From NCBI RefSeq assembly GCF_024521635.1, contig NW_026250409.1, forward strand, positions 744,001 to 808,000: DNA of 64,000 bases. The letters run 5' to 3'. A program made the translations under genes and the position numbers. The notes beneath the pieces were generated by a model, which was not told the origin of the DNA, made no database searches, and was given only the letters and a program-made list of their open reading frames with translations. Shown one piece after another: positions 12,990-25,157 of the stretch (within the stretch, counting starts at the first letter, position 1; every line of letters starts with the position of its first letter). This DNA is from Tricharina praecox. Taxonomy: Eukaryota.

Positions 12990-13776
12990 ATGGTACGTTC
13001 CGGCCCGCGCGCTTCCTCCCGCGCTTCCTCCCGCCCCACCCCCCGTCATTCACCCCCGGAGCCGGAGCCTGACAAGTAATCCGTACATAGGGAAAACGCA
13101 AGTCGGCGCGCAAGCCGCAAGGGCCCAAGAAGGTACCTCTACCTCCCTCACCCTCACCCTCACCCGCCCACCGGCCCCTCGCTCGCCCACCGATCGCGAC
13201 GCGTACTTTAGGATGCTAACACTTCCCCTTCGCAGCGCGAACCTCTATCAACAACGTTCAACTGCCTCTTCTGCAACCACGAAAACGCCGTGACATGCAA
13301 GCTCGACAAGAAAGCCGGCATCGGCACGCTCTCCTGCAAGATCTGCGGCCAGCAGTTCCAAGCCAGCATCAACTGTGCGCTCCCTTCCCCTTCCCTCCCC
13401 ATCCCCCTCCCTCCCCGTAGCTAACAGCAAACCAGACCTCTCCCACGCAGTCGACGTGTACAGCGACTGGATCGACGCCTGCGACGAGATCGCGAACCCG
13501 CGACCACTGAAGAGCGGCGGCGTGGGCGGCCTAGAGCGGCGCGGCGCGGCGCGCGGCAGCCAGAGCCAGGGACAGAGCCAGGCGCGGCAGTCAGAGTACG
13601 CACGCGACGAGGCTGACAAGGGCGCCGGTGCGGATGACGTCGGCGACGTCTCCGACCTAGAGGACTTTGATGATGACGACGATGAGGATATGAAACTTAC
13701 CCGTGGGGGAGGGGGCGGGGGAGCGAAGAGGCAGACAGTGCTGAGTGATGAGGAGGAGGAGGATGATGACTATTGA
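12990..13776 (+). CDS. ELF1: Transcription elongation factor Elf1 (zinc ribbon) with acidic tail
   Basis: Exons 12990-12992 (ATG only), 13091-13132, 13236-13374, 13436-13776. Reads MGKRKSARKPQGPKK..FNCLFCNHE..CKICGQQF..VDVYSDWIDACD. Confidence 0.93.
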
Positions 13777-16366
13777 GCTGGCGCGGGGGAAAAGTGCTTT
13801 GGAGTAGGCGGCGTGTCTTTGAGACCCGGGAATGCCGGATTGTATACATACGTGTCTTTTTTTTTCTTCGCGCGAGTTTATGTGATTAGAATTTATACGT
13901 ACGGGTGGCGAGTGGTCGGAATCATGTGGTGTCACTCGGGGCGGCCATCGTTGGACGGGGTGATTCAAGCAGATATGGGGAACGGCAAAAGGGCAATGCT
14001 ACCTTGTTCACACAGGGGTACTATTACGAAATGTCAGCCGCGTGGTGAGAGAGATACCGGGCTCTGGCCAAGTGAGAAACATGAAAGGTGGAATGGAATG
14101 GGCATGTACAGTACAAAAAGTACGGGAATCCAGGATAATAAGTAGGAACCCCGAATGCCATAGGTACATACCTACCTGGTAGACAAAGAACAGCACTAAA
14201 TCTCCAATCCATCCATCACCGCACATCTCTCGCATTTGGCGTCATCTTGAATATCTTCCGGTCTCTCGTGATACCGGATGGAAGAATCCCGGCCGGAAAA
14301 GCAGCGACTCCCGAGTCCCGAGCCCCGAGTCCTGGCACTGGTCGCAACGGAGCCGGACGGGCACTGACTGCGTGGTAGGTAGGGCAAACCATACCTTCTC
14401 TAGAATCTTCCGGTTTCTCGGTACTGTACTGTACTTACATACTATATCGCCATGGGAAACTAGGAATGACAGGCTACAATGTACAATGTACTTAGGACTC
14501 AGGAGGGGATATTTACACACCCGAAGCGACGCTCGCTCGATCCATCCATTGTGCGAGATGGTGAGACGACTACTTAGGTAAGATATGTAGGTATGAAGGA
14601 GACATCCACATTGCGGAGTACGAATGAGGAGAGCGCAAGAAGCAAAAGAATGAAGAAGGAAGCGGGAATTGGCACTGGATAACCAGGGCGTTTTCGATCG
14701 AACCTGAGTGATCACTCGTGACTCGAAAGCTGGCGAGTGAGATATAGTGATACTCTATATTCTGGGAGTTGGTGGTTTATACTGCCTCGTTCTGGGTAGT
14801 GTGGCTATGCCGGAATACTGGGAATACTGGGTACCAGGTATACAGTTGGTGATATCACCATCGTATATATCCATCCGGACTCCGGACGATTGGGCACGTG
14901 TTACGGACGAGGGGATAGGCTGGACGATACCAAGTGTTGGCGAGTAAATATTATTCTAACTACTGGACGAGTGGGCTGAATATTGCATAAGAATGTAATG
15001 TATCGGGTTTTCGAGCACGGGGTTACTCGCATTCAGCCTATCTACCTGCCCAGACTATGGCGGTGTAGGTACTTTTTGGGAACTTATCCTATCCATAAAG
15101 GTAGATAACCGGCTTGGTGTGTTCAGTATTGGGGTTTTTGTTTAACCAGCATAGCATTCGACCTTATTGGATCATGGCAGTTAACCACAACCTGTTCATC
15201 CCCCGCTGTCCCGTGTTTAGTATCAGTGCAGCGGTGCTTAGGAGTTGGCACCCAGTACCGAGTGATATATGTATGCTTAGGTGAGCTTCTGGAGTTCGGC
15301 CTTTCAAGTTTCAGCGGGGCACTACTACCTTGTAGTCCTAAGCTTTTGCTGCTGCTGCTGAGTGAACGCCGACTCAGTACTGGCTACGCTCCTCCTCTCC
15401 GACGACAGAGGGGTATGTTCGCAAACGTTGAGATTCGAATACTCCTCTGGGATTGCTCGGTAAATGCGATGGTGGAGTACCGAATCGTCTTCTCACATGC
15501 AAGCGTACCGCGACAAGGAGTACCAGGTATTTGAAAACCTAGTCGAGCGATGATCCTCTACCATTCTGTAAAGCGGTTAATTTGAGAAGTCCGAAGTGTA
15601 AGTGAGTATTTGGCAAGCAGATGGGAGCTGCAGCCATCCGGTGGTGGTGGTGATGCCGTAGTTTTGGTCGACAAGGAGAGCGTCGGGAATCCATTCGACG
15701 GTGCAGAAAAGATACCTGCGTTGTAAGGACACTAAACTTGCAGCTTGAAGCATATGGGTGCAAAGCTGGTCGACATTCTCACGAGCGGGGAGAAGCTTTT
15801 TAAAAGAGCTTCACCTTCTCGCTGCGTGCGGAGCCTTTGACATGCGGAAGCATGAGGTAAAGCAAAGCAAGTAGATAGGCGAACAGTATTACCGCGCTCT
15901 AGCGCACACCTTACACCCTACACCTTCCAGCGCACGGCGCACGGCTTGGTCGGTCGGACCCGGTGACCCCCCGCCCGTTGGCCAAAAAAAATTGTGTCAT
16001 CTAGACACGTCCACGGATGTGTCAGTGTTGTCAGTGTGTGGGTGGTCGGATTCCTTGAAAGCAAGCAAGCAGGGTCGTGCCAAGTTAAGGTAAGTTGGTG
16101 GTGGTCCAGACCAAAGCAAGCCAAAGCAAGCCAAAGAAGCTCCATTCTCGGTCATCCGCCAGCACATAGAGTACGGTGGAGTATATTATATTCTACCCCA
16201 TATCCTCTCCACTCTCGCCCCCCCCCCCCCCTCATACCATCTGTACAGCTAGACAGCTAGCCAGCTAGACAGCTACATAGACAGCCATCGTTATCGTTAC
16301 TCTACCTCTCCCCTCACCTCACCGCTACGAACACACGAACACACGAACACACGAAGCACATACATC

Positions 16367-17061
16367 ATGGCACCGCCCGACAAAGAACCTACGATCAAGC
16401 TGCTCCTGATCGGCCCATCGAACAGCGGCAAGACGGCGCTTCTACTTCGCTACGTCGACGACATCTTCGACACGGACTCAGCAACAGCGACGATCGGCGT
16501 GGACTTCCGGGTGAAGAAGCTTTCGGTCGGGGGGAAGCCGCACCGTCTGCTCCTCTTCGACACGGCGGGCCAGGAGCGCTTCCGCACCCTCACTAGTAGC
16601 TACTACAGGAACGCGCAGGGTTGCATCCTCGTCTATGACGTCAGCAATCGCGAGAGCTTCCTCAGTATGGATCATTGGTTCGGCGAGTGTGCGAAGTATG
16701 CCGAGCCGGGCATCGTGATGTATTTGGTGCGTGTTGAGAGCTCCTGCTGTGTGTTGCTGGTAGGCAGGGTGGAGTACTAATACTACGGGATGCATAGGTC
16801 GGGAGTAAGATCGATAAGGCGGGCGCGCGCACGGTTACAGCGGAGGAGGGGAAGGCGCTGGCGGACCGACATGGCGCGGGCTTCGTCGAGGCCAGTAGTA
16901 AGACGAGGGAGAACGTTCGCACGCCGTTCATCGATGTGGTTAATAAGATCATCGAGACGCCTGAGTTGATGGATCCTAAGTTGACGAAGAAGAGGCGGGA
17001 TACCGCTATTAATATCGGCCAAGACCAGGACGATACTGCGGGCGCGGCTTGTGTCTGTTAG
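16367..17061 (+). CDS. Rab family small GTPase, Rab18-like
   Basis: Exons 16367-16726 and 16798-17061. Motifs GPSNSGKT, TIGVDF, DTAGQERFRTLTSSYYR, VGSKID, EASSK; C-terminal CVC prenylation motif. Confidence 0.9.
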
Positions 17062-17341
17062 GCCGGCTGTGTCTGTTAGGCCTGCGGATGGGTTGTTTCT
17101 GGTTTCTTTTCACTTGCGTCGTTGCTGTCGTTGTTTGGAGTTGTGGGCTGCATTCTGTTCTGCGTGGGGGCACGGGTTAGATCATAGATACCCTCGGCAT
17201 TCTTTTGAGAGGAGTTTGTTTGGCTTTTATTTTCCATTCCTTCTGTACACTATCTTTGCTTGGACGCACCAATATATGATGATTTATACTCTATGGGTAG
17301 TCTAGATGGGGCAGTTTGGGGATATATGAGATTGGTGGTTT

Positions 17342-18358
17342 CTATTCTTGATCCTTTGCGAGCCACTCCAGCACGATGTCCTTGAACTCATGCGGTTTCT
17401 CCGCCATGACTGTCACCCATCAGCATCACCCGTCACCCCGTCCACGACACAAGAAAAACTCACCCCAATGACCGGCATCAACGTCCTTGAGCGTAAACAT
17501 CGGAAAGAACCTTCCAATGATCGGAATAACCTCATCCGGGACATAATGACTCTTCGTACCGCGCACAAACAGCGCAGGCTTCGTGCATCGGACCTTATCG
17601 GGATGATACGGAAAGCTGCCCATGCGATCCAACGCACTCTGCAGAATATTGACTGGAATCCTGAACTTCAAGTGCTCCTCACCCTTCGGGCGGGTCAAAT
17701 TCGTCAGCAGGAACTGCCTTACCGCCAGGTCCGCCTCATACTGCTTCAGTATTGCGTCGGCGTCCGACTGCTTCTTGATGTGCGAGCTCTCGATCTGGCG
17801 CATGGCGCGCACATACGAGCCGAACGAGGAGGCGAGCGTCGCCTCGATGGGCGCGTTGTCGACCGCAATGATCCGCGAGATCAGCGCGGGCCGCCGCAAA
17901 GCTACGGCCATCGCCGCTTTGGCTCCCATCGAGTGCCCCAGAAGCACCGTGTCGGACCCCAGGTTGTGGTCGTGCAGGAAGGCTTCGACGTCCGCTGCCA
18001 TGGACTCGTAGTCGTGCTGCTTGATGTGCGGGCTGTCGCCATGGTTGCGCAGGTCCACGGCGTACACAGACGTGTTTAGGTCTTTGGCGAAGGCTCTGCG
18101 GATTGGTGGTTAGGAGCTGTGCGGTGCATGGATGGGGAAACCTTACTTACTGATGCTGCGGTTGTTTTGCTTTGAACCGAAGAGACCGTGCAGGATTACC
18201 AGAGGCGGGTTTCCTGAGGTCGTGCTGGTCGGCGAGTCGTGGCGGGTGAACGCTAGGGGAACCGTCTCGATAGTGGTGGAGTAAAGGCGCGGCTTCGACA
18301 CGGCGGCGGCGGCGAGAACAGCCGTACGCCTGAGCGTACTGGCGAATAATGGCGGCAT
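17342..18358 (-). CDS. Mitochondrial alpha/beta hydrolase (ABHD11/Imo32-like)
   Basis: Arg/Ala-rich presequence MPPLFASTLRR; HGLFGSKQN, DLRNHGDS, GHSMG nucleophile elbow, DAGHW. Two introns; ends KDQE*. Confidence 0.9.
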
Positions 18359-18622
18359 TTCTGCAGTCGTTGGGCGGTGACGATTGTTTGGTGAAGATTG
18401 TCTGTCGAAAATGAACGAGTGACGTCTGACAGAAATTATCGGCAATCGGGCACGCCCCACAGCTTGGCACGACAGCAAGTGCAGGCCGCAGGGCGTTGTT
18501 CCGCCCTCCTCCTCATCCCGGTCCCTTATCCACCACCGCCGCCGCCGTGTGCACGCTCCACCACCACGAACTACGATCCCACTCTTTCCAGCCTACATAC
18601 CCTGCCGAATCCAACTGCCACA

Positions 18623-19174
18623 ATGATCAATCCCACAGCTTTCGCAAAGACCACACGGAGCTGTACGTATCCCACCGGCGTCCCCGCCACCTACCGCTAG
18701 AAAACCGGCTGACTCTTCCTCCAGCGGCGAACTGGGCCGACGCCTCCAAGCGCGTCATCAAAGCGTACCGCGACTGGTACCGAGCAGTAAGCAGCGCCCT
18801 CCTCAGCCCCACACCTTACACTGTACTCACCTTCTCTCCCCTCGCAGGCGCCCGCAATCGTCAACCTCTACGTCCTCGATGTCCCGACTCCGGCCGTCCG
18901 CGCAAAGATCCGGCAGGAGTTTGAGCGCAGCCGCTACGTGCAGCAGCTGCCGGTCGTGGACATGCTCATTACAAAGAGCGACATGGAGTTCCAGGAGACC
19001 ATGAACTACTGGAAACAGATCCCCCAGCTCATGAAGTACTTCCGCTCCGAGGAGGACTCGAGGAGTCAGGTTCCTAAGGACTTCATGACGGGTTTCCTCG
19101 AGGTATGCCCCATGAAAAACTAGGCTTGAACGGGATGCGTTACTGATGGTGAGGATATGTAGGGTCGCAACTAG
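18623..19174 (+). CDS. NDUFA6: NADH:ubiquinone oxidoreductase 14.8 kDa subunit (NDUFA6/B14, LYR family)
   Basis: Four exons: MINPTAFAKTTRS|..AYRDWYRA|APAIV..KIRQEFER..EFQETMNYWKQ..FLE|GRN*. Confidence 0.92.
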
Positions 19175-19435
19175 ACGGGAAAGACAGCATTTCACGGTTG
19201 GGTGGCGGCATGGGTTTGTGGTTGTAGGCGGCGGTCAACTTGGGCATGCAGTAGAAATATCATGCTTACTTGAAATGACATTGCATCTCCGCCATGCTCC
19301 TCGTCTTAGATTTTTATTTGCAGTCCACCAAACGCCAGAAGATATTAACCCAAGAAAGCGCCACACACAAGAAGAGAAATAAAGTAAACCCCATAGGTCC
19401 TCTCCTCCACCATGATTGTGCCCCATTCACACCCT

Positions 19436-20008
19436 TTAATTCTTGCCAAACCCGTCCCGAGCTGCAGTGAACTTGTCCTGAACCACTCCGCAAAGCGAGC
19501 TCAGATCGTCCAGCCCTTTGATCAGAGCATCCGCCGGCGTATGCTCGTCCTCGAACTCGGCTGCAAAAACAGTCAATGGCGGTACTCGGGGAGATTAACC
19601 GGCCGGAGAAACACGTACGGTATATTTGGATTCTCATGTTCAAGTGGTTCTCTGAAGGATGGGGTATGGAGTATCCGCACAATTCCACCTTGGGACTTCA
19701 CGCGATTCCATCCGTCAGTCCATCCATAGTGTGCGAAGGACAACAGTGACGGCATACTTCTTCATGATCATGTAACGCAGCGCATTTCCGAGAGTGTGAT
19801 CCTCGTCCTCGATCTCGAATGATGCGCACCCGGGTTCGGCTCCAGGAAGCTATAGAATCGACCTTGTCAGTCAGTGAATAAAACTCCTGCGAGGTCTGTG
19901 ACCCACCGTCTTGATCCGTAGCGTGTCGTCTTTCTCGCCGTTAATTTCCACCTTGAGCTGGCCCTCCGTCTCAGCCATCTCGACGTCGCGTGTAGTGTTG
20001 TCGGCCAT
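19436..20008 (-). CDS. RPC19: RNA polymerase I/III shared subunit AC19
   Basis: Spliced; [43 protein letters not shown], the RPB11/AC19 signature. Confidence 0.92.
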
Positions 20009-20257
20009 AGCTCTGTGTCGTCGTCGTCGTCGTGGTGGTGTTGTAAGGTCTCGGGCTCTGACTGGTGAAGCGTTGACTGAGGGTTTGGCGGGGAGATTTT
20101 TACGAGCGAGCTAGCTCTTAAGTGCAAGCGCGGTTTCTAAGCAGGAACCCGGCACTTGCCGGGGGGGGGGAACCGTAATGCCAGCAAGGTGTCATCAAAC
20201 AACTGTCGCGACATCGAGTCGTTGGTTGCAAGCACGCTTTCTCTCAACCTCCAAATC

Positions 20258-23200
20258 ATGAGAGGTCTTTCATCATGGCTGTCCATAGCAGCTATAAACT
20301 TTCTTCTGCCTGTGGGCATCTTGCTCTTCGCGAAGGGGTTCTTCCCCTATAAGCCGTTCCTGCCCGGACTGGCGGTCTTCGGAGACGAGGACGTGAGGAC
20401 GCCCGCGCCGTTCGATAAAGTCGTGTTTATGGTCGTGGATGCTTTACGGAGGTGCGCTGATCGCGATCCTGAACTTTTTGGAACTGGAACTGAGGAATGG
20501 GGTGTCATAGCGACTTTGTGTACGGCGAACGATCGGGTTTCAAGTTTACTCAAAGGTGTGTGTTTCTTCGACATCTCTGTAAAGTATTTGCTGAAGAAGT
20601 TGGAATATGTAGCTTGATCTCGGATTCTGTAGCGATTCCATATACCGCGCACGCAACCTCGCCCACGATCACGATGCCGCGCGTGAAGGCCATAACCACG
20701 GGCTCGATCCCGGGCTTTCTCGACGTAATCCTCAACTTCGCCGAGTCGGACACATCGTCGACTTTAGCGCAGCAAGACAACTGGCTGGCACAGATCAAGG
20801 CCCGGGGCGGAAAACTGGTCATGTATGGAGACGATACATGGTTGAAGCTGTTCCCGGGAATGTTCGAGCGCAATGATGGGACGTCCAGCTTTTTTGTCTC
20901 GGTGAGTACGATTGTTTATGCTACCTGTGGTGTCGGCGAAAGGGCGGCTGATGGAAAGTTGGCGTAGTAGGACTTTACCGAAGTCGATAATAATGTCACC
21001 CGCCACATTGATGATGAGCTCAAGAGGGACGACTGGAATGCTATGGTGCTGCATTATCTGGGGCTGGATCATATCGGACATAAGTCAGGTCCGCAAAGGT
21101 TCGTGTGGCGGTGACGCGCCGACGTTCTGGCTAACATATTTACCCAGTGCCTTTATGCTTCCCAAGCAAGTCGAGATGGACGGGATCGTTGAGCGCATCT
21201 ATACCGCCATGGAAACGCAGCCACACCTCAGCTCGACTCTCTTGGTTCTCGCTGGAGACCACGGCATGAACGATGCCGGTAACCACGGGGGATCCGGGGA
21301 AGGCGAGACTTCGCCGGCACTGGTGTTTATGAGTCCCAGGCTGAAGCAGCTGGGCGCGCTATACGAGGAATCGCACGGTAGTGCGTTGAAAGCGCCGACT
21401 GTTCCCAAAAGCGGAGACTTCGGATTCTATTCTACCGTTGAACAGAGCGACGTTGCGCCCACAATCACGTCATTGTTGGGCTTGCCGGTGCCGAGGAACA
21501 ACCTCGGGGTTTTGATACCGGAGTTTCTGTGGCTTTGGAACGAGGGTGAGAGAATCGATGTCATGATGCGGAATGCTAGGCAGCTGCGAACTATTGTTGC
21601 GGTGCAATATCCAGAGTTCGAGCGTATGGTGCTGGCTCGTGGGATGAATCATAACTCCTGTGGAGACTCTGCCTCAGACGTGGACGAACTCGTGTGTCTC
21701 TGGAAAGATGCCGCCGATCGGTATGCTTCATGGGTCGATGGGAAGGACAATGAAAGCGCAATTAAAACCGCCAAGGAGTCTCTAGTCAAGGTATGGCACA
21801 TCATATTCGCAGTTGACCATAGCTAAGAGAAGTCCAGCTTTGCCGCCGTTACCAGGAGATACTTTCGGGGGTTGCCAGTAACTACGACCTCAGATTGATG
21901 GCAGCCGGAATGGCAGTAATGATCATTGCCACTGTCGCCGGTATCACAGGGCTTGTTCCCTTGATGGGCGGGTCTGTTCTAGCGGACTGGACATTCCCGG
22001 TTATGACGCTTGCATATGCCGGGATGATGTTTGCAAGCAGCTTTGTAGAGGAAGAACAGCACTTTTGGTATTGGGTTGCATCCGGATGGTTCATGGTCTT
22101 GTTTTTGAAAGAGTATGCAGCCATTCGAATCTTCAAGTTAGAAGCTATAGTGCTGATATCTTTGTAGAAGGAGGAACCAAGCCAGCGGGCTCGGTATGAT
22201 CGGCATCATGGTGTTGTTGCGTATCATCAGGCGGTGGAACCAGACAGGTGAGCTACTTTGTTCCTACCTCACGATGGCATGCTGAACTCTTCAGGTCAAA
22301 AACACGCCGGTGCACCAGACATCGTCAAAGCCTTCTTCCCAGAGCATACTACTGTGCTCTGGATACTTATCATCGTCTCTTACTTCGACGTGCTCACACG
22401 CATCTGGAAGAATGGTTTACGCCGTATAGACGGCCAGTTTGCGTGGTTCGCAGCAATGGCCGCCGTCATGGCTGCTTTCTGCTTCAAGCTGTCGTTTGCA
22501 GCATACGACGCGGCTGAGCTTGTTCCCTCATGGCTGGACTTTGTCCTGAAGTATACCAACGAATATTCACTCGTGACGCAGGCACAAGCAGTGTTTGGTG
22601 TGGTCGCTGCGGGGATGATTTACACCTTCGTCTTCGAGGTCAATGCGGGAGATGCTACACATGGTAAACTCCTCCATATCTCCCGTTCAACATAGCCCAC
22701 TGACGGATCTCCAGAATCTCGAGAATGCGCCGCCGCAGCACTGGGAGAGTTCGCCGATCTCTTCCTCCTGACACAAACACGCTTCACCAATATCCCGCTG
22801 ATATTCTTCTTCCGCCTCATCTCCCGCCAACTTTCCTCCCTCGCCACTCTAACCGCCACAGAGACCACGCTCACCGTACTGATAATGCAGCACGTATCCT
22901 TCTTCTCGATGGGCGGGGCCAACGCCATCTCCTCAGTCGATCTCTCCAACGCCTACAACGGCGTAGCGGGGTACAACGTGATCCTCGTCGGCTTCCTGAC
23001 GCTCGTATCCAACTGGGTGGGCTCCATCTTCTGGGCGTCCTCCACAGCCAGCCTCCTACCCGGCAAACCCGACGATTGGAGAAGACACGTCCTCACGATG
23101 ACGGTTTTCTACGCGGTGGCGGCAGTGGCGGTGATGGCCGCCTGCACGGCCCTGAGAACGCATCTGTTCATCTGGACGGTGTTTTCGCCGAAGTATTTGT

Positions 23201-23286
23201 ACCTCATGGCCTGGACTATTGGGTTCCATTTTGTCGCTGGCGTGGGCTGGGGGAGCGTCAGGTGGGCGGTCAGGCCGGGAGAGTAG
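20258..23286 (+). CDS. GPI7: GPI ethanolamine phosphate transferase 2 (Gpi7/PIG-G)
   Basis: FAKGFFPYKP, VFMVVDALRSDF, PTITMPRVKAITTGS, HYLGLDHIGH, GDHGMNDAGNHGG, EEEQHFWYW, RTHLFIWTVFSPKYLY; multi-exon. Confidence 0.93.
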
Positions 23287-24631
23287 ATGGTAGGTAGGGA
23301 AGGACAGGGAAGGGTGGGGAAGGGTGGGGAAGTAGGTAGATGTACCCGTACCTAGATTGTAATAACCATTTTGGTTTTTGTTCGATATATAAATGGCATG
23401 TACCTATGTGGATCGCAGATTCGCAGGTTTCTCCCGCGATATCTTCTCGAGTATGTTTGCATGATCCATGTGCTCCAGTGATTCCAGTGCACTTTTACCT
23501 GGAGGCGGCATCAGGCACCGGCTGGCAAGAGATGCTAGATGCAGACTCGCGGCTAATGCAGGCCGCCTGGTGACCTGCAGCAGTACGGCTACCGCACTCT
23601 AAATTTCGACCAACACGAAGTTACGAACAACGGCTGGCTGGCTAGTCGAATGAACGAGTAGATATCTAGAACAGTGTAGCTTGATGCATGCGTTGTCTTC
23701 ACCCGGTTGTCGGTGCGCTGCATTGTAGCAAGGATGGATACATTATCATAGCGGTCACTCCAGCTCTATGTACGAATGACATCGCATGAACGCTGCGACT
23801 CTGCGAGCAAGTTAAGGCCAAAGCGACGAACCATTCACCGCCTACATGTTCCGTTCGTTCATCTGAAAGTGATGGATATGCGAGTTGGCGACAGGCGGGA
23901 GATTACGGTTGAAAGTTGAAACGCCACGTGCGGATCTGGAAACGTCGTCATCGTCGTCGTCGTCGGATATGTTTTGGGCAGAGAAAGTCCAAAAGTAGGC
24001 CACACAAGTCCAAAGAATTTGCGGAGAGAATTGTTTTCTTGGCTGCTGGCTACGATTTAGTGAAATTTAGAAATCTTCACGCTCGTGGTTGACGTTATGA
24101 ATGGGAAGATGCATGAGAGATCTTCACCATCTGGCAAACCGCAATTTCAAATACAACCCTGCCTCGTTCAGCACGAAAATCGCCATTTACATGCGGAATA
24201 CCTCAGGGGGCAAAGAGGTGGTATATTAAAAGCCCTTGACGGTCACCAACTCTCCAAAAGACAAAACACCAATGAGTAGATGCTGTTGCCGCACGGTATA
24301 TCACTCGTTTAAACATTGAAGACGTAGCTCCAAGATATCATGCGGTGGTGACCTAGAGCCTGTTCGGTACCGCACCGTATCTGGTAGCTACCACACAAAT
24401 TTGAGCTTACGTCGGTTCAAAGATACGCTGAGCGTTCGGCGCAACGTCATTTAGAAAATACGATCGTTAAAACACACAGCCACATCGTGTTTCTTGCGTA
24501 TTTCTCTGAGCCTCCACCAAAAAACAGACTATGCTGGCATTCGTCACCAGATCCCCCTGAACTTTGAAGCCGTACAACAACATCCACAATGTCTGCCGGT
24601 CCCAGTCTCCTCACCCTCAGAAAATATCAGT

Positions 24632-24820
24632 CACGACTACCTCCAACCAACGCGGTATATGTCAGTGAAAGAGCAGCTTGCGATATTTCTCAAAATCGTC
24701 GGCGATAACGCGTCCAACCATCCGGCACAAGAACCATTTTAACGAAGCGGCGACACGATTAGCCGTACCTTTAACAACGTTCTCGACGCGATGGTAGAGC
24801 TTTACACTGTAATTGAGTAG
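24632..24820 (+). mobile_element. Relic of PIF/Harbinger-like transposase (N-terminal HTH region)
   Basis: Reads LQPTRYMSVKEQLAIFLKIVGDNASNHPAQEPF*RSGDTISRTFNNVLDAM, resembling the Harbinger 'SVEEQLAIFL..VG.N...R...ERFQRSG.TISR.F..VL' motif. In-frame TAA at 24740-24742 where CAA (Gln) is expected. Confidence 0.72.
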
Positions 24821-25026
24821 GCGACACAGTGTGGACTGGGCACTGCTATGGGCTGTAGGATAGCTATGTACAAGCCGCCCACTGCCTGCCATCTTCTCCC
24901 ATTGTCTATCTCCCATTTCCGACCCCCTATCTCCTCCTATTGCTATCTCTTAATATTCGTCACCTGTACGGTATCTCTGTCTCTGCCTCAACATTTTCAC
25001 CCACCAGGACGCGATGCAGTAGAGTA

Positions 25027-25157
25027 CTCGCTAGTCCAACAAAGATATGGACAGCGGTCGGACCTCGTGTGGCTGGTGAGGCTGCTTTTGGACTAGTTTT
25101 GCTAAATCCAGCCACACGAGGTCCGACCGCTGTCCACATCTTTGTTGGACTGGCGAG
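25027..25157. mobile_element. MITE-like element: 50-bp terminal inverted repeats, TA target-site duplication
   Basis: Arms 25027-25076 and 25108-25157 match at 48/50; 31-bp spacer; TA at 25025-26 and 25158-59. Confidence 0.8.

Noticed and set aside
17348..18079. 243-aa plus-strand ORF
   Set aside because: Antisense shadow of the GC3-rich hydrolase gene. The same applies to 42248-43135, 53543-54370 and 57868-58635.
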